DNA from: Picochlorum sp. SENEW3
Lineage: Eukaryota
DNA length: 64,000 bases
Direction of reading: 5' to 3'
Assembly (NCBI GenBank): GCA_034226945.1
Contig: CP120459.1
Span: forward strand, 744,001 to 808,000
In this document: piece after piece, positions 32,803 through 42,446 of the stretch
Layout: every line of letters starts with the position of its first letter
Position numbering within the stretch: position 1 is the stretch's first letter
Program-made: the position numbers and the translations under genes
The notes under the pieces: model-generated
The model's database searches: none
The model's input: the letters and a program-made list of their open reading frames with translations, nothing else
Told to the model about the DNA's origin: nothing

Positions 32803-33489
32803 TCATTCAGGCAGAAATCCTCCTCCTGTCAGGTCCACCTCGTCAGATGCAGCGGCTGCTTTGCGTCTTTGCAGCCTGTCTGCTAGCATCTCTCGAGCAC
32901 GCACCAATCTTTGTCGCCTCTCCTCCAGTGATAGGGTAGTGGAATCTCCCCATAAAGAATCCTCCCGTTTCTGTACCTCTTCCTTTAGATCATCAACACT
33001 CAGCGCTGCAAGCTCTTCTACATCATCCTCGTCGTCATGCGTACTATTGTCACCGTCATATGGATTGTCTTTGCCATCCCAAGAATCCCACCACACATCA
33101 TCATCATGAATATCACTCTCAGCTACTACCACTGCTGCTTCTGATCCAAGGTGTGAAGAATGTCTCCTGCATTGCTGCAATATACGAAATGCCTTCTCGC
33201 AGTACTGCTTGGCTTCCATCCGACACTTATCTGGATGAACAAGCTTGGCAAATGTCCCATACCGCTCCATAAAATATCTCTCGTCTCCCCCCTCCAAACC
33301 AAACTTGAGTAGTTCGGCAACTGCCTTCAACTGCCTTCTTCTCAACACTGCATCCTCCCTGCTCTCAGCATGCAATATCTGCGTAAAATCTTCATCTGAT
33401 ACAATTTCTATTGCTTCCGAGAATGCTCCTCGATCAAAACAACCAACGACGGTGTCTTCGAGTTGGTATTTTGAACTCAATGCAGCCAT
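32803..33489 (-). CDS. J-domain-like (DnaJ) protein
   Basis: YGTFAKLVHPDK..AFRIL (HPD motif) in a 228-aa ORF. Confidence 0.7.
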   Translation of the reverse strand: MAALSSKYQLEDTVVGCFDRGAFSEAIEIVSDEDFTQILHAESREDAVLRRRQLKAVAELLKFGLEGGDERYFMERYGTFAKLVHPDKCRMEAKQYCEKAFRILQQCRRHSSHLGSEAAVVVAESDIHDDDVWWDSWDGKDNPYDGDNSTHDDEDDVEELAALSVDDLKEEVQKREDSLWGDSTTLSLEERRQRLVRAREMLADRLQRRKAAAASDEVDLTGGGFLPE

Positions 33490-34124
33490 GCCTCCAGGTC
33501 AGATACGCCATAGGGAGAGATGGATGAACTTTGTGTCTATCAATAGTAATAATTTGATAAAATGTTCAGTTTTAAACAAGAACAGGGGGAATTATACAGG
33601 TGGCTGGTCTGAAGGCGATTTCACTGCCCTCTCCATGGAGACTGGCCCAGTCCGTAAGGATTGCTGGGCTCAAGGTATCAGCACAAAACTTGCTGCTGTA
33701 TGCACGTACATTGATTTGTGACTAGATCTTTCTCTATGTACCGCGTTATCTCTCCTATCACTCTCATCTATTTTCCATGTCAATGTCCTCTTCCTCTATC
33801 ATCAGCTTTCTTCTTCACAGGAACCACACGTGCTGTCCCAACCAACCTGATTCCTCCCACCAGACTTGCTGTTCTTGTCGCGAACCCAGGAATACGAGCA
33901 GATGTATGTATACTATATGTTTTATGACAAGGTTTGTATTGTAGCATAGAGAGTTGTTCAAGGGCAATGGACAATTCCCACACACGCTGCTTAAGAAATA
34001 CGACTGCAGTTCTGGTTGGAACATGCTCTCCCTGATTTACATGCGCATGAAGAATGAGATCATTACCGTTTTCCATTTCAAACAATCGTTACTCATGAGA
34101 AACAAATAGCCTCTCCGTGGCTCC

Positions 34125-35087
34125 TCATAAGAAAGCAAACAGTTGCAATCCCAGGGCACCAATAGCCATGGTTGGCAAGAGCATTGGTGATCCAGACGAT
34201 GGTGCAGACTCTTTGATGCCGTCTAATGTCTGAAGTTTGAACGGAATACAATTGACGTTAGCAAACAATCCTGTGGAAATATCTTCAGGATATTCATACA
34301 TATGCCATGCATTGTTGTTGCTGTCTCTAATGATGAAACTGAAGCAATCATCACCCACCAGGTATGGGACATGAGTCTCATTCGTTGTCAGTGTGACATT
34401 CTCCCATGCTGACCAACCGTCGGGAAAAACGACTGAATCTAGGTTGTTTTTCCAGTCTTCATCAGTCGCCATCTCTGATTCTGACGTCTGGAGGGCCCAC
34501 TTACCTCCGTAGTTGTCTGTGACAGAGGCAAACCATGGAGGAATATAATTGTAATCTTTGCACTGTTTGGTCATGACCACTACGACAGTGCCAGGAGCGG
34601 CATCCACGTCTGATACACCACCAGAAGTTCCAGAACTTCCTGAAGAAGGGTATGTACCAGAACACAGTAACTCTGCAATGATTGTCCACTGATCAGTTTC
34701 AGAAATCTCCGGGATCACGACATTGTAGACACAATTTTCTGTGCAGTTGGCAGGAGCCATAGGAGATCTTGAGTCACAAGTTCCATTATTCCCAGGAGCA
34801 GAGTAATCCGTCGCTGACAATGCATATGGAGCAGGCAAAGGGTCCGGCAAATCAGAAGCTGGGGTCTTGCTGTAGTACTGTGTCGAGTTGGCTTGGTTGG
34901 TGATTTCCGTCCAGGTCGCCCCCCTGTCACCGTAACTGCAGTTCACCGCAATTGGACCACAAACAGCATCTTTGCAATTCAGCAGCTCAATAATATCAAT
35001 CAACTCTGTTGATTCGGCGCGAACACCACGTCCGATATGGTACACCAGTACCACAAGCACAACTGTAGCAAGACGTCGGAGGTACAT
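34125..35087 (-). CDS. Secreted, probably GPI-anchored cell-surface protein of unknown function
   Basis: N-terminal signal peptide, acidic Cys-containing body, Ser-rich omega-like site (APSSGS) and a hydrophobic C-terminal tail. Confidence 0.75.
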   Translation of the reverse strand: MYLRRLATVVLVVLVYHIGRGVRAESTELIDIIELLNCKDAVCGPIAVNCSYGDRGATWTEITNQANSTQYYSKTPASDLPDPLPAPYALSATDYSAPGNNGTCDSRSPMAPANCTENCVYNVVIPEISETDQWTIIAELLCSGTYPSSGSSGTSGGVSDVDAAPGTVVVVMTKQCKDYNYIPPWFASVTDNYGGKWALQTSESEMATDEDWKNNLDSVVFPDGWSAWENVTLTTNETHVPYLVGDDCFSFIIRDSNNNAWHMYEYPEDISTGLFANVNCIPFKLQTLDGIKESAPSSGSPMLLPTMAIGALGLQLFAFL

Positions 35088-35525
35088 CGCTTTTTTCCAG
35101 GCAACAAAGTACTAGTACTTTTTTTAATAATAATAACAAGTTGATCTGTTTGGCGAATGCCAAATTCTATAGCCTTGGACCATGGGTCTTTTGTGGCAGG
35201 CCTCGCGTCGCTCGCCAGTCTCGGTCGGTCGTCCGTAGGGCTCCCTCGGTCGCCGTGTCGGTTGGATGGAACACGTAGCGTAATCGGCTTCTAACCGTAT
35301 GGGTGCGTAGCGTAATTGAGAAACCCTAATATCTCATTTAGAACTGCATGATGTGCCATGCATTGATTCTTTCAATAAGTGCAGAATGTACATACATGTA
35401 TACATACATGTGCATATATGATGCTATTACATCAACCTCTTTCGGAAGTATTGAGTTGCTGGTCTCGTAGGATAGGAGGATGTCGGTAGGAGAAGTCAAC
35501 TCTCTCACATCACAGATCGATGGTA

Positions 35526-35588
35526 CCACGTGCACTTGCACGTGGACCGGTACCGGTATTGCATGGTTCCGGATCTGGATCGATCCGG
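35526..35588. promoter_or_regulatory. Cluster of palindromes including two G-boxes (CACGTG) in a divergent promoter region
   Basis: CCACGTGCA-CT-TGCACGTGG (35526-35545), ACCGGTACCGGT (35546-35557) and CCGGATC..GATCCGG (35569-35588). Confidence 0.4.
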
Positions 35589-35743
35589 GGATGATGCACG
35601 GCTGGATTGTCCGTACACCCGCCGCCAGAAAAATAAGGCCAAAAGCAAGGATACAACGGTCAGAATACAATTATTTTACTAAATTGAGCGAAAATAGAAC
35701 GCCTTTTTCTTATTTCTTTCAATATCCACACCAATCGGCTTGT

Positions 35744-36349
35744 ATGGAACCTCGCGTTGTGGACCCCCAAAGTGGTCAGCTTGTCCGCCTCAATTCTGGC
35801 AGGGGGGGACAGCAGATATATCAAATTTCCCTCTCTCAAAATTCACAAGCATCAACACCATCACGTGCAGCATCACTTCAGTGGGGAGCCGGAGCTGCGG
35901 AATGGTCCTCTTCCTGTGGTGATTGCTGTGACGATTGTGGGATCTGCTGCAAAGGGTTCTGGTGCCCGTGTTGTCTGCACGGTGATATCAAAGAGCATGT
36001 GGATGGTGTAAGGCCTGAAAGTGGAACGTATACTGTGCTCTGCTGCATTCAGAGCTGGTGCTGTCTGCCATGCTTCAACTGCACAACATGCTGCTCTGGC
36101 AAGCCTCTTCGGTCAAAACTGAGGAGAATGTATGGGCTTTCAAAATCAGGCGGATGCTGTGGAAGTGATTGCTGTACTCATTATTGTTGCCACGCATGCG
36201 GTCAGTGCCAGGAAGCAAGGGAGATTTGGTTCAGGGGTGAGGCATTGAAAACAACTTTGGCTTCTACAACCCCTGCGGCAACAACTCCACCTCCCGTTAT
36301 CATGATGGAACCGTCACAAAAAAGAAGAAAAACTATCTGTAGGATATGA
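35744..36349 (+). CDS. PLAC8-family Cys-rich protein (probably the N-terminal part of a fusion with the downstream DNase II)
   Basis: WSSSCGDCCDD..CC..FWCPC, LRRMYGL and DCCTHYCCHACGQCQEAREI motifs. Confidence 0.88.
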   Translation: MEPRVVDPQSGQLVRLNSGRGGQQIYQISLSQNSQASTPSRAASLQWGAGAAEWSSSCGDCCDDCGICCKGFWCPCCLHGDIKEHVDGVRPESGTYTVLCCIQSWCCLPCFNCTTCCSGKPLRSKLRRMYGLSKSGGCCGSDCCTHYCCHACGQCQEAREIWFRGEALKTTLASTTPAATTPPPVIMMEPSQKRRKTICRI

Positions 36350-37550
36350 AGTTGCATTTAAGAATGGGAGAGGAGAAGAAAAAGACGGAAACCATTACAC
36401 TGGTCTGGAAAGTCAAATCTTCATCAATGGTTCATCAGGTTGGCAATTCGAACAGGATATCAACGACTGGATCAAATCAAAACTTGCAAATAATACTTGG
36501 GATGGAGTTTTGGCATATAATGATCAGAGTGATAAAACGTGTAAGGGCCATGCAAAAGGAATTGTTGTTTGGAACAAGCAGTATGTTGGCTGGCTTATTC
36601 ACTCAGTTCCTCATTGGCCTTCGTTTTTCATCAGAAAGGCAGAAGACAACTCAATTTACTCCTCCAAGGGTACAAGTACAAAAATAGAGGGAACTGTGAA
36701 CGTATTGCCAAGCCTTCCAGACAGCTGCAAGAGAGAAGGCCAATCCTTCATGTGGAGATTACTTGACAGGAGAAAAAGCTATCGCAAAGGGAGCATTAAA
36801 AACGGACATGGTATTGTGGACGAAGATACACCGGTTTCTGATGTGCTGGAAGAAATTTACAAGGTTGTCAATGCCATTGGAGCATGTGTCGTGACAGAAT
36901 TTTTCAGTGAGAATGCAGAGAAGGAATTGAATTTGTACCATCGTGATGCTCAGTTGAATCCTTCCACTGAAATGACTCTGCTGTCGCTGTCCCCTGATAC
37001 AATCCCTTCAGAAAGTCATCTGGTGCATGTGTTTAAGACGGGACACTGGGTTCCAGAAATCGATTCCTCATTGATCGATAAACACGTTGAGAAGAAGAGC
37101 AACAATCATGATCACATCACAAATGCTCCCGACTTTTACAGGCATGGGCTGCTTGAAGGATTTGGCCCAATGGTGACGAAAACACACGTTGCCAAAACAG
37201 ATGAGAAAAATGTCAAAAGGCGTGATGGTCAAAAAATACGCAACGGAAACAATCATCCATACTATTGTGACGCTCTTGTCCAGAAGGCTGACACATCCTG
37301 TTTTCAGGTGGTCCGTGGCCAAGAAACAGGACACGAGTTGCATGGGGAAAACGACCATTCGAAAATCGCCTACTCATCTCAAACCAATGACGGACTTAAG
37401 TGGGTATTTGTCGGAGATTTGAACAGAAATACCTCCCAGGGATTGCGAGCTGGTGGTGGCATCCTGGTCAAGGATCAAATGTTATGGACCCTGTTTCAGA
37501 AGAGACTTAAAAACATACAGCCCAAACCTGGTCTTGAGTATGACTTCTAA
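36343..37550 (+). CDS. Deoxyribonuclease II (PLD superfamily) domain lacking its own ATG
   Basis: AYNDQ, GHAKG, WLIHSVPHWP, DHSK and WVFVGDLNRNTSQ..RAGG. The frame is open from 36306 but has no ATG upstream of the first catalytic motif. Confidence 0.88.
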
Positions 37551-37909
37551 TCAGCAGAAAATACAATCAAAAACTTACAGACAATCAGAGGCCCAGTTGC
37601 ATTTCCCACTTTAGACGCACACACGTACTTGTTGTCCTACCAAGGCAGAATTTTTCAAAATTTCAAAATGTAAAATTCCGTATTACAATACTTTTAGTTT
37701 AGATGTCCCGACCCTAATTCCCCCATCAACCCCGTGACGTGACGGATCATTCGAATGAATTCATTCACGTCGACTCAGGTATCAACATCTCCATCACCGA
37801 CATACGTGTTGAGGACAAAATTGAGCACATCCAGTATCTTTTAAATTTACTTTAATCGATCGTTGCATCGAGTTCTTCCCATTCCCATCAGAAGACAGCA
37901 ACGGCGATC

Positions 37910-39160
37910 ATGCCCAGCCTCGGTGGACTCAGCGACTTGGTCGCTGACGCCGGCGCATATGCAGAAGACAACAAAACAACAGTTGCAATTGTCGGTGGAG
38001 TAACAGTATTTGCTGGAATCAGTCTCTATATGAAGCGATCGTCGAAAAGGACCAAACCGGGAACCTTTGAGATTGGAAGTGGTTCTGTAGATCGCTCCAA
38101 AGTGCAGGATGAGGTAAACGATTATTATGACGAATTCAATACTCTGGAACGTGGAAAAGGAGCGGTTATTGACAGAAAGGAAAAGGTTGCCAACCTTGTT
38201 GACAAATTTTATTCCCTGGTGACTGATTTGTACGAGTGGGGGTGGGGAACATCCTTCCACTTCTCTCCTCTTCTTCCAGGAAAGGATTGGCCTGCATGCG
38301 AGTCTGCGCATGAGGGTAGAATTGCTGCATTGATTGGTCTGGAACCAGGGAAGACTGCGTTGGATGTTGGATGTGGGGTGGGGGGACCTATGCGTACGAT
38401 TGCTGCAACCAGTCAAGGAAAGGTGACTGGAATTACCATCAACCAATACCAGGTGGATAGAGCTGCCTATCATAATTCAAGACTTGGACTTTCTCACCTC
38501 TGTAGCCCAGTTCGAGGTGATTTCTTGAATATGCCTTTTGAGGACGAGTCGTTTGACGGAGCCTATGCTATTGAGGCTACATGCCATGCCCCAACTGTAT
38601 GTGCATCTATATTGAATAATCATCATCGTTTCTTCTTCCTGATGCATATCAATAATGAACAATATTGAATACTAATGCAGTTGGAACAAGTGTACAGTGA
38701 AGTGTACAGATGCCTGAAACCAGGAAGTGTGTTTGTTGCATATGAATGGGTCACGACACCAAACTACGACGAGAAGAACGAAGCACACGTGGCCATCGCA
38801 GATGAAATTATTATCGGTAACGGCCTTCCAAACCTTCGATCATGGAAGGTGGCCGAGGACGCAGGAAAGAATGTCGGGTTCAAATTACTCAAGAGTAGAG
38901 ACCTTGCTGTCAAGGCAGATGGATCCCTCACACCCTGGTGGCACAGGCTCTCCACCAGTCTAAAAATCTTCAAGTTGAAAGCGAAATTCAACCATTCCCT
39001 GGTCACAATCGCCGAGTACCTCGGCGTCGCTCCCAAGGGAATGATCCAGGTGCATCAAATGCTCGTGGACACGGGCATTGCCCTGATTGAGGGTGGTGAG
39101 CAAGGCCTCTTCACCCCAATGCACATGGTGGTCTTCCAAAAGGAATCGGAATCGAATTAA
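37910..39160 (+). CDS. Sterol 24-C-methyltransferase
   Basis: YEWGWGTSFHF, LDVGCGVGGP, IEATCHAP and YEW motifs; intron 38597-38680. Confidence 0.95.
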
Positions 39161-39186
39161 ACATTGTAAACATATATATTTGATCA

Positions 39187-39789
39187 TCACACATCATATG
39201 TCGACCCCTCCGGCGGCTGTGGCAACTTTCTATTATGCGGTTGGGCCATGTCCCTTCGAATAGCAGTCAACAAGCTCTCCAGTGTACAGGATGATGTCCA
39301 ATTCTTGATGGGTTCAAAATGCTTGTAATCTAACCGACCCCGCTTGTCTACCCCATTCATATGTATACGCGTCACAAACCTCACCTTTGGTGGCTCGTTT
39401 GGATACGCAGCACCACACTCAATATCCAGCGTGTAAATACGGCAGTCATGCACTGTCCCAGGAGGACCGATAATCGTCCCAGTCCAATGCGTCATGAGCA
39501 TATCATCAGAATTATTCAGCCCATAGCTCACCGTCCCATCTCCAATACCCTTCTCCCCTCGTTCCAATTCTTCCAGCAACCTAAAATTCCGCGGCACTGT
39601 ATACATGGAGAATACTAATCATAAGAATGATGAAAAGAAAGAAAGAGAGGTCCCTCTTGACAAGAAGAAGAAGACCAGCAAACTCCACCTATGCCATGCC
39701 CTCGTCGCAGCATGGTGTGATTTTTATTGGAAATGAATACAGAAATACGCACCTACAACATTCTGTCCCTGCCCAGGAACTCGATACAT
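39187..39789 (-). CDS. UEV1: Ubiquitin-conjugating enzyme variant UEV1/MMS2
   Basis: [21 protein letters not shown] and KLPQPPEG motifs. First exon 39789-39753, intron 39597-39752. Confidence 0.95.
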
Positions 39790-40093
39790 GGCTGATTACC
39801 GACAGACAAGACGAACCCCGTCGATCGCTGGATGACTGAATGTGATTATCGAATACGACTACGCTAGTAGTAATAAATACTAAATATGTTACATACATGA
39901 CACACACATTTGAGTCATTTGTACCGACAACAATGAGGACCATGAAGTCCATTCCTCGTTGAGAATCTCGCCAGAGATCTGAGAGATCTCAAGATCTCTC
40001 TCTAATAAATAGATTAAAAATGCAATCCTTGGTGCATGGACACTAGCCACGTATGCCATTACATAAACAAAAAAATTCAAAGTATGAAGCATC

Positions 40094-42388
40094 ATGGTGT
40101 ATTGTAAGCATTGCCGAAAGGAGACGGACGTCGATGTGGACGACGCCAAGGGAATTTCATGCTGTGTCGATTGTGGAAGCGTTCTAGAGGACGTTGCATT
40201 TTCTGTGGATGTGACATTTCAGAAGGATGCTGCTGGAGAATCTACTGTAGTAGGTCAATTTGTGAATGAAAGTGGTGTGGCGAGGGGTATCGGTCGAATT
40301 CATGGAGGTCGAGTGTATGCGTACCAAGCAGAGTCTCATGAGCGAGCGCAACAGCGTGGGAGACAGCATATAGCACACTTGGTTGATCAGTTAAAGGTGA
40401 AGCCGCGAGAGGAGAGTATAGATTCGGCGCACCGGGTGTACAAGCTTGCATTGCAAAAGGGGTTTACGAGGGGTCGAAGGACGAGTCACGTGGCTGCAGC
40501 GTGCTTGTATCTGTTATGTCGGCAGGATGATAAGCCATTTTTTTTGATTGATTTTTCAGATATACTTCAAGTGAGCGTGTTTTCCTTGGGGGCGGTGTTT
40601 CTTCAGTTGGCCAAGTTGCTGCGGTTGGAAAACCAGCCTCAGTTTACAAAGCCGGTGGATCCGTCTCTGTATATTCATAGGTTTGCGGATAAGATGGGGT
40701 ATGCTGATGATGTGCTGAAATCTGTGTCTCAGACGGCGATGCGGCTTGTGGCGTCGATGAAGCGGGATTGGATTCAGACTGGGAGGAGACCGAGTGGGGT
40801 GTGTGGGGCAGCATTGTATATTGCGACGCATTTGCATGGGGAGCCTCGAACGAAGCGGGATATTGTGAATGTAGTGCATATAGGGGAGTTTACATTGTCG
40901 AAGCGGTTGAATGAGTTTGCGACCACACCGGCAGGAGAGATGAATAAGAAGGAGTTTTTGAAGCATTCTGAGATGATGGAGAAGCAGGAGAAGATGGCTA
41001 TTGAGAATGCGCGGGGGGAAGAGGCGCCAAAGAATTTGATTGGAGGTTGTATGCATTTACCGAGTGGTGTGGAGCATTTTAGGAATGGGTTGTGTCGAGA
41101 GTGTTATTTGACATATGTTGGATGCTCTGGAGGGTATGAGGGAGCCAATCCACCGTCATTTTCAAAGAATAGGGAGCGGGAGAAGGTGAAGCAATTGCAG
41201 CTGCTTGAAGATTCTAGTACACATGGGGATGATGATGGCGATGGTGATGGTGAAGAAGGACAGGAAGAAAAGGAAAACGGTGAACAGGAAGACAATGAAG
41301 AAGAGCGTCCTCGCTTGAGGAGGAGTAGCAGGAGAGCACGGGGTGTGGAAGGCCATGCTACACTGGTGTCAGATGATGGTAAGATTGATTCTGCCACTGT
41401 TTTGGCAGCGGAACAGTGCGTGGAAGGGTTTGATGTTGCTATAGCGCATGCGGAAAAGGCGGATGCCAAGAGACGGAGAGGGGGCATGTCTACTGCAGCT
41501 GCTGTGGCTGCTGCATCTGCGTTTGCGGTGGAGGAAGCGGCTGTTGCTGTCGGAGAGTCAAGAGATATGATCATTGCTGCTCAAGGCAACTCTCTTCCAC
41601 TCTCTGTGGTTGGAGATTTTGCAACAGAGGATGGGACACAGGCTGATGCGCGGGATGATGACAGCCTTTCGGATATCAGCGATTCTGAGATTCTCATGTA
41701 TATTGCAGAAGAGGAGGAAGTTAAATGTAAGGAGGAGATATGGAATATGATGAATCAAGATTGGATGGAGAAGCAAGCGGCAAAGGGAGCTGCACAGGAG
41801 GCTGCCCTACAGGCTCAAGAAGAGCAGAGAAAGGCCATGGAACAGGCAGCTGCAGCTGGTGTACAATACAAGAGAGGTCGAGGACGACCTCTTGGGTCCA
41901 AATCAAAACCAAAAGCAATAGCAACAATGCCACCTGCAGAGACACCTCAGGAGGCTGCGATGAGAATAATAGATGATAAGAAGCTGTCCAGTAAAATTAA
42001 TTACTCTGTCTTGGCAGAGCTGTTTTCCAGTGATGCACCTGAGCAACCTGGTGATGACACAGGAAAGAAAAAGGAGGCACCGAAGGCTCGAACAGTTGCC
42101 TCAGAGAAAAAGGCGGTCAAGGGAGATGTGGCAGTGGACAAGACCAGTGCAGGACTGTCACCACGAAAGCCTAGGAAGAATGCATCAGCGATGCTGCCGC
42201 CTGGTCCTAGTAAAAGGATAAAATCAACTGGTAAAACATATCAGCGCCTAGAATCGCTGACTGGAACGCACGCATCGCCTTTGTCAGCGCTATCAAACAT
42301 TTCATCACTGAAATCAGCCAGAAAACCCATGGGTATTGGAGGCATTGGGGCCATCAGGCCAAAATCTTCTGCAAAGAAGAACACTTGA
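40094..42388 (+). CDS. BRF1: TFIIIB 90-kDa subunit BRF1
   Basis: Zn ribbon, two cyclin folds (FTRGRR, DPSLYIHRF, MKRDWIQTGRRPSG), and the C-terminal W..N..W and LSSKINY blocks. Confidence 0.95.
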   Translation: MVYCKHCRKETDVDVDDAKGISCCVDCGSVLEDVAFSVDVTFQKDAAGESTVVGQFVNESGVARGIGRIHGGRVYAYQAESHERAQQRGRQHIAHLVDQLKVKPREESIDSAHRVYKLALQKGFTRGRRTSHVAAACLYLLCRQDDKPFFLIDFSDILQVSVFSLGAVFLQLAKLLRLENQPQFTKPVDPSLYIHRFADKMGYADDVLKSVSQTAMRLVASMKRDWIQTGRRPSGVCGAALYIATHLHGEPRTKRDIVNVVHIGEFTLSKRLNEFATTPAGEMNKKEFLKHSEMMEKQEKMAIENARGEEAPKNLIGGCMHLPSGVEHFRNGLCRECYLTYVGCSGGYEGANPPSFSKNREREKVKQLQLLEDSSTHGDDDGDGDGEEGQEEKENGEQEDNEEERPRLRRSSRRARGVEGHATLVSDDGKIDSATVLAAEQCVEGFDVAIAHAEKADAKRRRGGMSTAAAVAAASAFAVEEAAVAVGESRDMIIAAQGNSLPLSVVGDFATEDGTQADARDDDSLSDISDSEILMYIAEEEEVKCKEEIWNMMNQDWMEKQAAKGAAQEAALQAQEEQRKAMEQAAAAGVQYKRGRGRPLGSKSKPKAIATMPPAETPQEAAMRIIDDKKLSSKINYSVLAELFSSDAPEQPGDDTGKKKEAPKARTVASEKKAVKGDVAVDKTSAGLSPRKPRKNASAMLPPGPSKRIKSTGKTYQRLESLTGTHASPLSALSNISSLKSARKPMGIGGIGAIRPKSSAKKNT

Positions 42389-42446
42389 AATGCATGCATA
42401 GAGATTTATTTAAATATTGTTTCGCAATGTAGAAAATCATATTGTC

